A DNA stretch of 64,000 nt. Origin: Perna viridis. Taxonomy: Eukaryota. The number at the start of each line of letters is the position of its first letter. The stretch's first letter is position 1. Below, piece after piece: positions 22,701 to 37,308 of the stretch. The stretch spans positions 14,942,001 to 15,006,000 of the forward strand of contig CM074517.1 of assembly GCA_037379345.1 (NCBI GenBank), in the 5' to 3' direction. The notes below the pieces were generated by a model. That model was given only the letters and a program-made list of their open reading frames with translations, made no database searches and was not told where the DNA came from. The position numbers were made by a program, and so were the translations under genes.

Positions 22701-25700
22701 ATGGTTATCATGAAAGGGTACACACAAAATTATAGGGGGGTTGCAATTAATTGCTTGATAATTGCTGTTAAATTCAATTTTGGAGTCGATATGACAGAAA
22801 ACCTTTGAATAAAGCCAAAGAAGAAAATTTGAATATCAAACTAAATGTCACTCCTTAGTGGGCGACATACTACGAATTAACTTACTTCTGTCTCTTCTAA
22901 TTTTTAAACAAATCTTATTTCGATACCACAAATATGGAGACAATACTCTATTTTCAACATCTGAAAACATAAGCTCTCTTCGTGTATTAAAAATTCTTTC
23001 AAACATGACAGTTCTACTCTACTGCAATCAGAAGTAACAAAACAAACATAAGATAGTGTAAAAGAGCAGGTACCACCACTTAGTTTCACTTAAAACGATT
23101 TCAGTTTTGTTTCGTGTTGAAACATGATGATGCCTTTCTACAGAGCTTTGTTTACTTAAACGTAATGAACGAACTTGTATTTATATTAATCTGCAGTCAT
23201 AAAAAATACACATGAATTAGCGCGAATCCGTTTCAATTCTGATGGTTAATTGTCCTCACAACACTTCAGTCATGATACGACTTACTAGTGATTCTATAAA
23301 CAAGACGGACCATTCGTTTTCCTGGTTCATGCACCCACTTTGAGAAAAGTCAAAATAACCTGCTGTTTAGACTCGATTTTTTTTGTATATCATATTTTGA
23401 TCTATAACATAAAACAAAAAACAAAAACATAACGCTTAGGTACTGGTTCGTTTGTGTCAGAATTAGGTTTATATCATTTGTTCTTCGTTTTAGTTTTTGA
23501 AGTGTGTAGTTGCGTTCTGTTTCTGTATATAACATGTTATGGTTTAACCTGCTTTCTTGTTTTCTATGGCTGTCCATATCTGAATTATAATCGTTCATAT
23601 TCTTGAAACATATCTTTGTGTACATGAATATCATCTTCTAAGATACAGCATGAGGAACACGGATAAATTTCACAGTATAATTAGTACATATTTTATGGTT
23701 AATGATAGATATTTATGTCCTATAGTTTTAACCTAAACTTTTTACGGTTTAGATGACGTGTGATACTTCATCGAAATTCAGTCGATGTGGGAAAAAGGCC
23801 AATCACATTATGTTGGAAACGTGACATTTTTTATTCACGTATTTGTCTTTATTCATTGTGGAAATGTTTTGCCTGCTCCTATGAGTTAACGAACAAGTAC
23901 CTCATAACTACTTTTCATGACTGTTTCATGCAGGTGCACACTGTTTCGTTTCCCCAGTTTAATGGAACCAGAGCTGCAGCCATTTTCTAATTTATTCGAC
24001 TTGTTCAAGATAATTATGGACTTTTGCATCATTTACGAGAGGCATAAGACGACCTATGTAAAGCCTACAAATGTCAAAATTCATTAATATGAGAAGCAGC
24101 AACGAAAGCTGCACTGTTAAGGAATCATAGGCTGCGATTTAATTTACACTTGTAATAATTGTTGTAAGAAAATTAATTCATCAATTGATGAAATATCAAT
24201 ATATAACTTCTGATTAGATCCAGACATACATTTTGGATGCGAGCTTTAAGTATTGACTGCAGCTAGCCTATGACGTACGTTCTACTATTTCGTAAATTCT
24301 ACGTAAAGTCATGGACTGCACTGTGTCTTATTAATACTAGAATATATGTACGATCCCTTGAATGTATACCAAGCCTGTATCACAGTATTCTTAAAAGTTA
24401 CTTGTAGACGAGTCTTATTATTTTCAGAATGTCTATGCTAAAGAGTAAATTATGTCATATAACCGAGACAAGTCGAGCATATAAAACAATATACCAGCAT
24501 TCCCATACATCAACTCCAAGAACAGATTACGTTTATCAACATAAAAATCGGAAGTGCAGCACATAATTTATCTGCTATATGACAGTCAATTTCCGAAGCA
24601 CCACTACGCAGATTTAATAGAAACCTCCCGAGGGGTACAGAACATGGCCACATACGATTTATCAGTAAGCAATCAGAAAAATAGTTTATGGTGTGGAACG
24701 TTACTTTACGAGGTGAAACGAGATGTCGACAAACTCTACGAGATCGGCATTAAAACATATGTTAGATACATTCACGAGGCTGCAGACGGCGCGCGTGAGC
24801 GTCAGTGAAAAATATAGGCAGTTCGTGTTGGAGACAGCTAGTTGGGCATTAGAATGAGCTTACGTTTTATTTCTTTCTTCTTGGCTAAAATATTCTTTAG
24901 AAATGACGTGTTGATTAATAACTTGACATTCTTAAACTAATGAATTCTCTATCAGTTTAGAAATATATAAATCAGTACCAAAATACAAATAAATCAACTT
25001 TCACTCAAGGCTAGTCTTAAAGCTTATCTTTTGTAAGAAGAAGATGATAAACTTTTATCTGATGTTCACGTTTCTTTGTGTGAGAAAGAAAACAAAAATG
25101 CAGTTAATATATTACAAAGTTCAATGGACACAGTGTTGGCTTATATGTATGTACTACTTAGTAATGTCAAAAAAAGAGAAATCGCATATATTTATACTAT
25201 TACCTTACATGCTAAGATTATTTTGCGGATAATTTACTCTCAAACCAGAAAATGACACCATGGAAACCTTTAATTCGTCGTGACAAGATGCTTAAGGAGG
25301 AAAATAAGTTTCCTTGGTATAGACAGTGTCATGTCTGCTAGTCCGGAAACACTTTAAACGCATTAAAAAGCACATTAGAAAGAGTAAATGGTGGTATTAT
25401 TCACTGCTATTAACGGTTCGTTAACTACTTCCGGTACTAAGCGCTAAATGGAATACTACATCCCTCCCAGACGGCATAAGTTCTATGTCCAACTTTCCAA
25501 ACGCAGCATATTACTTAAAAAATTAAAGACTTAACATTTGATCAGGAAATTTGTTCCGTCATATTTCGAAAATATCTTTCAAGATTTGTCTACGAGAAGA
25601 TTTACACTGGATTTTATAGACCTTTTATATTTGATGGACAGGTATTAAACGCTTTGCTTCTAGTTACACCGTAAAATTGGAAAAGAACTAAACATCGTAA

Positions 25701-27065
25701 CAGTATCGGAACGAACCAGTCGGAAATCCGTCCATTTACAATATGGTCAAAACAGTTACGATTTTTTCAGGCTGTCCTGTATTTTATGACCTCTAAAACG
25801 ATGTCTAATACCGGCTATCTTACGACACCACTTAACTGGACAATCAAAATGTCAAAAAATGGCTAAAAACGATTAAATACATCAGGAGAGAAATCGTCGA
25901 AGATGGCTGTTTAATGTTTCTGTGCCACAAAATCGAAATGACAGGAGTAATAGTGTTAAACACAATATGTAAAAGTTGGGTAGTTCAAAGTTCAGGGTTC
26001 ATAATGAACCGAGCATTTGAAAGACTTCCCTGCTATCTAAAAAGGTTAAATTTTCTACAGTTGGAAGAAAAGTTATAAAAGTTAAATTTACATCGGTTGA
26101 ATGAGACTCTTTAACGATGAAATAAAACATAAACAAAGCTTTCGTTTCACTTCCTGTTCATGACATCGAGTAAAAATTACAGGCGCTATTGAGGAAGCTG
26201 ACTGCAACATTCACACAAAAGATAACTTGTTTATTGAAGCACAAGGCTGACACTTGGGAACAAAAGGTTTCTTTTTTTTATTCTGCAACGTTTCAGTTGT
26301 GAACATAATCTATGGCAAGATGATGTAACTGCGTTATAAACCAGATAAGAGACCATAAATTTACTGCTTATAATTATTACATGATAACCCCATAGATCAT
26401 CTTACGTGCAAAATATATTCTTCAGCTCCTTGTAAGATAGCGCTATATATTTTCGCCCTGGCATATTACAAAATGAGACGTGAAGCAGGTGGATGGAACA
26501 AATATAAGAGAACTTGTAATCCATACATCAATTCGCGTATCGCCAAATGAACGAAAACACAATGCTAAAATAAGCGAGAGAATGAATTTATGAAACTGTT
26601 CAATAAACTTAATAAACTCAAACAATTGATCTCGTAAAATGTATGGTCATGTTTACTTCTGAAGATCATTGGAAGGAATTATATTTTTATATCGACAGTG
26701 CATTTATATGACAAAATGATAACATTGAATTTGTAAACGAGGCAAAGGCATATAACATAAGGTGACTATGACGTCACACGCGAAATGTGAGAAACAAGTC
26801 ACCACCCGAAACAGGGAGATGGGGTTACTTGTCGCTCTAATGCAGGTGGTATACATGTCAGACCAATGGTCTCTCATAACAAATACGGTGACAGATATCG
26901 AACCGTGATATCACATAAGTATACAGTCTTGTTTTTACGATGACAGACTATGTGTTAGACTATTTAGCATTTACAGGTTCAGAGGTAATGTTAGCTGGAA
27001 AACCCTTAAAAAGGTTATAGTGGGGGAAACGAGTACGTGGGTCTGGGAGTATACCAAAGCGTCAG

Positions 27066-27156
27066 TGTTTTATACCAGGACCGTTCTGGCGGATCAGCTA
27101 TGTGTTTTATGCCAGGACTGTTCTGGCGGATCAGCTATGTTTTATGTCAAGACCGT
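27066..27156. repeat. 37-bp direct repeat, ~2.4 copies
   Basis: ccaggacYgttctggcggatcagctatgt at 27075 and 27112, followed by a partial third copy. Confidence 0.88.
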
Positions 27157-27754
27157 GATGGTATGGTTCAAATTAAAGTCAAGGAATTAAATGGTTTTTT
27201 TTATCTGAACTGCCATTAAATGTTTGTAATATCCAAAATGTCCATAAAGAATGATTAAACTTTTACTTTATAAAAAAAGTACCGACGTTTCCAATCTATT
27301 AGGTAAACCTTACATTAGTATGTTCCTTGTTAACGCACGTTATAAGTCTTTGTAATTTTATGCTATCGCAGATTATGAAGAAGTTAAATATTTTGGTGGA
27401 AAGTTTGTTGCACGATAAATTCCTTCCTAATGACAAAGTTAATTAATAACCAAATTAATAAATATGAAATATTCAGCACGATTTGCTCTGATGTAACAAG
27501 TAGGTTCCTAATCGTCTACGTTAGATGTGTTTCCTGAAATACCGTGAAATATTCTCCATTGTTTTGAGTAATAAGTTTTATTTTCGTCTGAACGCACGCA
27601 TTATTGCTGCTAATTATGATTTATACTGGTCACGTTATCAAATAAATCATTTAAAGCTATGAATGACCTGCTTAACTGTTCTATTAATTCCTTTACCTAT
27701 ACCATAGTTGCTTATGTAGCGGGTATTATCAAGATAAATTAACTGTCCAAAGGG

Positions 27755-27910
27755 CAGTGATATTGCCTGAGACCTTGATAACGCCTCGAACCGCAAGCGA
27801 TGGCATTGTCATAGTTTCAGGCAATATTATAGTACTATTGCTTAAGGTTATCCATATTGGCTTAGTTGTTGGCCCGAGGCTAGCCATATTGGACAGAGGC
27901 GGAGCGGGAT
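27755..27910. mobile_element. Palindromic repeat remnant related to the 30830-30960 element
   Basis: Inverted pair atattgcctgagac / gtttcaggcaatat. The segment tccatattggc...gcccgagg...ggacagaggc resembles 30846-30913. Confidence 0.5.
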
Positions 27911-29478
27911 TTAGCCGTCCAATCCTCATCATTCAAAAGACTACCGACAATTAATATCAGTTATGGAGTGGACATTTTAGGTCGAGATCTTCATTAAGTC
28001 GCAAAAGCTAATCAAAGACCTAGTTAAAACCTACCTTTGTTTATTTTGTTTGTTTGTTTTTTGTTTTCGTTTTGTACATAACTACTGGATGATTTCAGTT
28101 TTTATTACCTGTATTTCATAGCATTTTATTGTTGTTTCCATGTATATGGAGGTTGTCTAACCGTCGGAGAGGAACATTGTCTATTTTTATTATTGCAATG
28201 TCTTTATACTATAAAACTTTAATCGAAACAGAATACACGCTGGACCAAATAAGCCTTTTTAATTTGAAATGTACAATTCTACCTCATTTGACGAATGAAA
28301 ATGCTCTTAATGTTTAAACTTAGTCAGTTTTTGGCGTTTACTAGTTCAAAAGTTTGTAACAGTAGCAATTTATGTAGAATGGTGAATGAAACTAGTCTGG
28401 AACTTTAAGTATATGAAACCCCAGGAAACAGCCTAATGGATCAAAATAATTCATTTTTGTAACATTAAAGAGTGACGAAAGTTATACAATATTTAATTTC
28501 ATATTTGAATATTAGATATGAATGTAAGTGTTTAGGAATGTCTGCACTTAGTCTTCTCTGAATGGGCTTAAAATATTCCATTAATACAATCGATCAACCC
28601 TCAGTTGCATAAATAATGTGAATTACTAAGCTGTTCACCAATACGGAATTTCTACTTAGCAATGATGTTGGGAGGTTCATAATTCTCATCATTTACATAA
28701 AAAGACTATTTTTCATTTAAAATTGTGAGATTGTGCAAATAAGGTAAAATGCATTAATAAAACAGACACAAATTAAACGATAATTTGTATTTTATTCAAT
28801 TGCCTTTGTTCCCTTTGTCAAAGAATTGCTGTTTGTGGTATAGAAGTGATTTTACCGCACACATGACCAATACACATTATCTAGTTCGGATAACGTAATA
28901 TTGTTAGTAGTCAAGTACCATACCAACGGGAAACCAAAATAAATGTGTTTTGGCTCTTTGAAAAAAATAATGTGTTCTTTCAAGAAAACATATTAAAACC
29001 AGCGGGGACTGGTTAGATAATTCTAGGTATGAGAGTGTCTTCTACCCCATGCTTGATGCATCCTGTCACCCTTTTAATCTATCATTTTTAGAGTTATTTG
29101 GTATCAAGCAATCTACGAACCCAAATGCGATTTTATCTCTTAGATAACAGCTGTACCAAGTCTTCAAAAACACAAAAATATATGTTTAATTGGAAAATAA
29201 AATAAAATCGTTAAGCATGTGCGGACAGATGAACGACCATAACAAAATGGATATGAAATATTGAACAAGCGCATGATGAAGTAGAACCAAGAGAGTTTAA
29301 AAAAAGAAGTAAAACCTAGAAGACAAACAACGATAAAGAAGTTATCAAAAACAATCAAGAATAGCAAACAACTATCTCAGTTAAAACAAAAAATTAAATT
29401 GGAAAACGAACTCCACTATAATGAGACATTGACAAGGCACACAGAGAGAGTAACACTTCTCAGTCAAAATCATTATAT

Positions 29479-29670
29479 CCCACTACCGGTGCACCTGGTC
29501 CATGCTCCTAATTTTTAGTGGAATCCGGGTTTCTCATTAACTTTTGTTTCTTTGTGCAAGTTATTTGGACATTTTATTTTCTTTGATGTGTGCTTGTTTT
29601 CCTTGTCTGGTATTTGTCCTTGGAATTTGTTCTTTTGATTTCCGCTCGACTCTTGGTTCCCTTGATTATT
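29479..29670 (+). mobile_element. Dispersed retroelement-derived repeat (family of 56214, 57733, 61931)
   Basis: ccggtgcacctggtccatgctcc..tttttagtggaatccg...cttggttcccttgatta aligns with 56214-56400. A short extra head copy lies at ~29930-29960. Confidence 0.85.
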
Positions 29671-30829
29671 CTTTTTTACACTAACTAACGCTATCTCATT
29701 TAAAAAAAATGTTTTCCTTATATTGGGTCGAAAGGCAACAATTCTCTTTAAATTTAGAAAAAAAAAATCTGAAGGCAACTGAAGTTACTCTCTTTTCAGT
29801 GTTTCAACACTTTGGTAATAAATAAAACAAATTTTGTCCCTTGAATGGAAGATACCTTCCACTTTTCCGTTTGTTAATGAATATAATATAAACAACTCTG
29901 CATTGTTTCTTGAAGAGTGAGAGAATTTTCCCTACCGGTGCACCTGTTCTGTGCTCTTAGCATATATATATGAAATCCAGATCGCTCATTTACACGAACA
30001 CACGTCAGTTTTTGTTCGCATTATTTCTTATTTATTGGATTCTCGACCGTTTGTTTTAGACCATCTTTTTTCTTATATTGATGTAGTTCTTTTTTTTTTT
30101 AATTTAGTTTCAAAATATGGATTCACTTAATTTCATATTCCGTATATCCAAGGATAGCAAGAGGTGTTATATTGTACATTAATTTAGAAGTTATTTGTAT
30201 GTTGCGGAAAAGACACTTATCTTACTCAACAGAATCCAGCATGTCGTATGTAAGTACTTGAAACACACCAAATTCTACAACGGACGGCGTGATACTAAAC
30301 AGTTTTAAGCAGAAGTCAATGTTTTGGCCAGGTACAGTTTTTATGGGTCCAAGATGGCTTCTGAATGTCTTTTTTATTTATCCACATCAGACGTTGATTT
30401 ATACGTCGGCATTATTTCTTTTTCATGTAGGATATTAGTAAGTGTCACACCAGATGTGAAGTCATCAGATCCTTATGTTACGTGGTCTTATCAGAAGATT
30501 TGACCAACGAGTCAAGTCATTAGAATCTGTATTGACTTAGAACTGAAGTCCACATATCATATTCGATTTCTTACAGACCTACAGCATTTAAATTGAAATT
30601 GAGATGCTTGTTCCATATTCAAATTTCTCTATTTGGTGGTTTAGTCTTTGAATTATAATTGCTGTACGAGTTAAAGGTATCTGCACTACTATATATCACA
30701 TTAAAAAAAGATCGAGTATTTCACCGTATTTCATTTCGAAAAGACAAATCTATAAATGCCAACATGATAAGAAGGTATTGGACTCTAAATCGAAGTCGAA
30801 CAGAAAATAAAACAGTTACTATTATAGTA

Positions 30830-31945
30830 TTAATGTACGGCCTTTTCCATATTGGCCCTGTAACATGCCCGAGGTATAAATAATGGCCAAGGATGACTAT
30901 AATGGACCGAGGCAGCGCCGAGGGCCATTACAGCTATCCGAGGCCATTATTAATACCATGCATTGATAGTCTTATTAACCAACTTTATTTCAGGACATAG
31001 TCAGAATCTATTATTAATACATATGATTTCACATTAATTAAAAATAAGTTCATATCTCAATGAATCAAATATCTTTGAAAATAAATCAAGAAGGTTTTGT
31101 TGTCTTTTCCAATACCTCCTAATCTGGTTCCCTGGTCAATATCGTAAGTGACCCTAGAGAGAAACTTGTAAAACGAAAATATTACCCGGGCTTCCAGGTT
31201 TTCCGACATCCATAATTTACGGAATATTTGGGTTGTTTTCGTCATGGTTCTTGGGTTTATTGATACTGTTCTAGTATGTGACCCGGGAAATTTAAAAAAA
31301 AACAAACAAATAATTTGGCTATTTTTTTTTTACGTAAAAACGTGTTTTTAAGTGCATTTTGATCTGGAATCAAGCTATTTTCAAATGTCGTGGGAACTAT
31401 TTTGACAGACCGCATAAGGTAGGTGAGTAAAAAGAGAAAAGAAATGTACTTTGAAGATTAAATTCAACGCCTGGATTCGTGCAAAATATTGAGATATGGC
31501 AGCACATTTCGTCTTTGAAATCACTAAAACACTAAAATCTCCTTTTTTTTAGCATTTCTGTATAGAAAAGTGTCCCCGCTTCGAGATTTCATTTTTATTA
31601 CCTTTTTTCCAAAAATCCCCCTAATCGTAAATTCAGAGCTCAAGATTAAACATACCTAATAATTCAATATACTTAGTCCCAGTACCATCTTTCAGCCACT
31701 TTAAATATCCATATCTAATTTCATGTAATTGAATTATTATGTTACTCTTCATTAAAGTTATCACTTATTTTTTATTGTACGCCATTTTGATTGAGTTCAT
31801 AATGGTCCCGTATTGATGCCCTGTTTTGAAATTCGTAATGCATGACTGGAATTTCTGGTTCGTAATGACCAGTTGTCGAGATTTTCGGTCCATAAAGGAT
31901 GGGCATTTCTATACATATTGCAGTAAGTTGGTTAATAAAGTACAA
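30830..31945. mobile_element. Helentron-like non-autonomous element (long palindrome plus subterminal inverted repeats)
   Basis: 85-bp imperfect palindrome at 30873-30957. Perfect 14-bp inverted repeat ttattaaccaactt (30972-30985) / aagttggttaataa (31925-31938). Confidence 0.55.
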
Positions 31946-33669
31946 TATAGGAACACTTTAACTTAAAACAAAACAAGCTATTCGGAAGCATATTTAAAAT
32001 TAGTAAACTATCAAAAAGTACGTGTGTGATTACACGAGTTTAACCGATTTGGTATACATGTATTAGTGCCCAGCAACTTTTTATAGGTATATATCTAGGT
32101 GATCATGATGAATTCATAATCATATGAACAAAACGGACAATACATGATGTGATAGACACGATAAATAGACTTCTTTAATGCAACTAAAATTACATGTGGA
32201 TGAGATTTAACCCTTTAGTAAAACGACAAATATATATACTTCCACAATAAATCTTTCATACCGGTTTTATTCCGTTCAAGGTAGTGTTGCATCTCAGTCC
32301 AAACCGACTTGGACAGCCATAAGAACGAGCAACTCAGCTTCAGTCGTTATTTCATCTCTTACTAACCGCTAAAAACAGCTTTTCGAAATTCTCGGACATT
32401 ATTCAAAACAAAATTTTACAATCGAAAAGGTAACGTTACGTAAAATCTTGAATTTCTTCGAGACATTGCAATGTCCTTGTGTTTTTTTGTGAGGGCTGTA
32501 CGTAGCGTTTAGGGTAAGAATCGATCTTCTGATACTGATATTGCATCATGTAGAACAATATCCTGAAACGCCCAGATACAGCAGTATTGAAACGATTCTT
32601 TACACTCTGTCTATGCAGAATGGTAGAACAAAAAAGAGTTCTTATCCAATTAAATAAACAATAAGCATAAATTTCGTAAAATTTGTTGCACGTGTATCTC
32701 TAAATTATTGATGTTTTTATATTCGTCAAAAATGATTTAGCGCTTGTTTTTTCTTAAAAAAGTTTAATGAAGGAAATAGAATGCAGTGTAACCCATACAG
32801 CAAGTGTGAATGTATCGAATCAAGCAAATGTATAATTTATTTGACCTTGATGAATACACCAAAAAGGGTAAATGACATACATAAACCCGACCTCTATATA
32901 AAACTGATACCATGATAATCATGGAGTGTGATGCAATCTGACGACTGTTTCGATACGTACAAATACTAAAAACCTAATTTGCATTAAAAAAAAAAGTGTC
33001 GCACGTGCTCGAAGGAGATACATGTATGTACAGGTTGCACCTACACCATTTGCGTAAGTATGGCACTGATAGTTCTTCATTTGTTTGAAAGGTCTATTGT
33101 TGAAGGATTTGATTGAGATCCTTAATCTTAGTTACCCTATTTACTTCTTGTTGTCCTGTAAACTTAAAAGGGAGGGTATAATAATTATATACAGCAATGC
33201 TTGAATGTTACATAGTAATGGCAGGCTAATGTTTTGTTGGAAGAATCGTTGATATTTCGTGCTTTGTAAACTATTTGTTCATATCCAAACCCATATATGG
33301 TATCTAGCGTACGATGATCTTACGACTGTACTTCCTTACCTTAAGGGTTTAGTCGAACAAAAAATTAAAGACAAGAGATTATGAATCTGACTATTATGTA
33401 TGTTTTAATCTATTCTTCCGTGGCCTATGGTCAGGGCAAAACTAAATACCATAATTTGTCAAATGGGAAATGGAGGGCAATGGAATAAGACGAATCTCAT
33501 TGATGCACATAAAGCCATCTCTCTGAATAAGAATTCTTGGCGGAAAGTTGTTATACACGGGGGAAAGTACAATTCAGAGAAATTGACCCTCCGTCATGTC
33601 CGTCTTTGCAGATGAAAGCTAATTTTCTGCTTTCTCAAGTATAGCACACGTGCAAGCCATTGTCCAGAG

Positions 33670-33885
33670 AACATAAAAGTCAAGAGCAATGATTTACGAA
33701 CGAGTTTTCGGAGACGGTATCCTAGCGAGTGAAATGATGGAATTGTTGTTGCGGTTTTTATGGCCATATGGGGAGCACAATTATTTGAAACGCTGGGAGG
33801 ATCCGATAAATCAAGCACATGGTCATAATGGAGGACTGGAGATAAAAAGAGGCAATAAAATCTAGTGAACGTTGTCATAAAACGT
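33670..33885. promoter_or_regulatory. Candidate enhancer: cluster of posterior-Hox/Cdx and Pbx-Hox sites
   Basis: CATAAAA 33672, TGATTTACGA 33690, TTTTATGGCC 33756, ATAAATCA 33806, GGTCATAA 33821, GCAATAAAA 33852, GTCATAAAA 33874, in a relatively GC-rich unique block. Confidence 0.5.
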
Positions 33886-36800
33886 TGCACCTTGTTATTG
33901 ATACACAAATTATGTAATTTCACTTAGAGAATATTATTGATATTGGGATGAGGGTCTTGACCAAAAATGTCGAAAGACGAGATTTTCCATCACGATCAAA
34001 TGACTGTACAGACGCTAGAATGTTATCGGACAGAAACAGCTGGTTTAAAGTCACTATTCAAGTTGATACGTACAAACAACGAATGATGCAAAATATTTGC
34101 CAAAAATAAATAAATAAATAAATATAAAAAAGAAAAAAAATAAAAGAAAAAGATAAAAGAAACAAACAACAAAAATATTTTTATTTTAGAAAAGTAAAAA
34201 AAAAGTTGTTCGATATTAAGTAAAGATATGTTTTTTTTTTCGTATGGTATTAATCTTCAAGCAGTAATATTTTGTAATGAGTCTTAGGTTATGATTAAAA
34301 TTAACGCACATAAAGAAATAATATACCCGAAAGTAGAGTCATACAAACCCACAAATAAAATGAACATAGAATAGCAGAACGCAAGACTACCACAAATAAC
34401 AGTTGAGACTTAACAAGATGTCCTGCTAATTCGATAGCATTTACTTCTATGTCTTTATATTGTTCTGGCGATGCTATTTCTTTAGTGAGATAGGGTCCTT
34501 TGCAACGTTTTTATTTTAAGATTAAAGCATACATTTGAGCTGTTTTACCTCTCTTTAGGGAATCGATAACAACAAAACCTGTCGTGTACGTATGATATTG
34601 TGTATATAGCAGTTCGTAAATTTTGATTATTGAATTTGAAATATTATATTTTCATTTGATTGTAATGTTATCTGGGAATAATTATTATGCAACTTTTAAT
34701 TAAGTATAAGACCACGAGTGCTTATGTTCTCTTCTGTTCTCATTTGTTCTATGAATGTTGATATTTCCGATAGTTCAATAAGGAAATGATAAATTGACTT
34801 TCATTTTGTCAGACTGTAAATCAATATGCGGTCCCAGATCAGTTGTTTTTTTACTCACATTTCCATATCTTAAATGTTCATATTAAAACATGTAGTATAT
34901 TGAAATATTGCTAAAGTGCATAATTGTTTAACAAAACATATATTTGAAAATGTTGTGAAGGAATGTGTTAGGTAGCTACCTGGCTTTATCCACGTGCGTT
35001 TTTAACTATAAAACGCTAGAGGTTTTGTGTAGTTTTATGATCATATGCAATGACAGTTGAATGTGAGACCCCAACGTCGATCACACACAAATGTATTTTC
35101 ATACCCCATGGGTATTTTTTCAAGTCATTTATTTACACTCTGAAAAAAAAACTTTAATTTACTATCTCTAATCGCAGCTTGCTATATTTATCTCCACAAT
35201 TATGCGAACATTACGAAAGCGACAAGGAATGGACTTCCTTATCTTAAAGCCTGTTTCTTCCCATGTAGAAGGTGTATACAATCTTCAGAATCATATAGAA
35301 ATTTTCTCAGCTCATGTCGTCCATAACCAAGACGTGCTCAAAGGGAGACAACTACAGAATAAATTTGGCCATACTATATGTCGAGACGATTGACCTCCCT
35401 TCCCTTGTTGAGTTCAGATATTCAAATAAGAAAAAAATTTAAAAGGTTTTCATGCTCACATTTATCATAATTGCCACACCTCTCTAGGTTTGTTCACACC
35501 TGGTATATCTGATAAACTATACAGAGAAGATATATAGAGATACATAAAATTATGACAGGGCAAATGTGTTTAGAATACCGCAAAGGGGAGCCGGTACAAA
35601 TTTTAGTTGGTCAAGGTTGGGTTGAGAATAATTTAGCCATAAAACTATAGATATCTTATATTTGATCTTAAATTTAATACCGAATTTATAATGCGCTCTA
35701 ATGTGCTTTACAAACTTGCTTTTAGAAACTTTTTAAAGTTTTTTTTTCTCTATGTTTTAACTCAAAACTAATCACTTGCACTTACACGAATCTCTTTTAG
35801 GCGCTTGGTGGATAGGAAATGTTATTTTTTGTTAACATAATTCTAGATATGTTTTTTAAGTTTATCAATGAAAACGAAGAAAGAAAACAGTTTTCTGCAT
35901 AAGATATGTGTGATTGAAAATAACAATAGAAATAAAGGATATTTATTTGTTCAAAAATACAAGCAAGGGGATAGGACTCAAGTTATTACATTATGGAGGT
36001 CCTCTCCAATACAAACAATGATTACAAAAAAATGCATAATGACGGTAATTCAATAAAAAAAATAACAAGAACAGAGATTAGGAGCAAAGCAAAGCAAATC
36101 AACATGAACGATATGAAACTTTAAAAAGAATTATCAAAAATACTAGTAAAACACGCAGTTGTATATGATTACTTTCTGTGGTTTCATAGAAACCAAGGAT
36201 TTATATATTTAAATCCTAGATGAAACCAATTCAAATATCTGACTAATGCCCAATTTTTAAAATTGAGAAAATAAGTTGCATAGGTAAACGGTGATAAGGT
36301 TTGATGAATCTGCGAATAAACGTCAATACACGCATAATAAGGTGTAAGTAATCTTAACGTTAGGAACAATGTTTGAATAACATGTACATTAGTTATTAAT
36401 GGATGTTGAGGTCATTGATATATTCAGGTAATAAATTGATTATCATTTTTTACTTGTGGTAAAACCGCCATATTTACACAAATATTAAAATAACAGAATG
36501 TTTACTTTTATCCGTTCAGTGAAAAGTTAGAAAAAGTATATTGTAATGTGCCTCGCGACTGCATTAACATGACCTTTCTCGCTATCGATTTTTGAACTGA
36601 TATAAAATTACATTGTATGTATTTTCCCTCAATGTTCTTTCCCGCCGTAACTTTTTCAATTGTTTTCTTAGTTATCTCCCTGCATCCAACATCAAAATTT
36701 AGATAAACAAGAGCATATTTGACTTTATTACGAACATAGCAAAACGTGTTTCATGATAAATAGCATGGCGAAAATTTCAACAATTACAAAATTATACTAT

Positions 36801-37229
36801 TTTAGTTTATGTCGCTGATATACGGCAAATTGAATATTTTTAAAAGGTTTTTTCTTTTAAATTGGTTAACCTCAATGCAAAGGAAGAGATGCGCCCCAAT
36901 GTCTAAACGCTAAATTGTTCACTAGCTTTATACAATCAAATTAGAAGAAACAAACGCAAAGAGTTTGTTCAGACGAGACAGAAAATTAGATAAAACATTT
37001 TAGAGAACGAGAATAACACAGCGTACGAGTCACCTAAATGATGTGGCGTTACATTAAAAAGGCAAAAAATCTGAAATTTTTGTCGCACTCATGGCACTTC
37101 ACCAAAAGCTGTTTAATTCTGATAAAAACACATATAAAGGCACAACTCAGCACCAACAGGCCTACGAATTATATTAAATGGCAAGCTGTAATCGACCGCT
37201 AAACAAAATTCAAGGTTTATAATTTTTTT

Positions 37230-37308
37230 TTATATCAAATTCATTCAAAAAAGTAAAAAAAAAGTACTTTTATCAAATTCATTCAAATAAGTAAAAAAAA
37301 GTACTTTT
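37230..37308. repeat. Local ~40-bp tandem duplication
   Basis: tatcaaattcattcaaaWaagtaaaaaaaagtactttt occurs twice. Confidence 0.8.
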
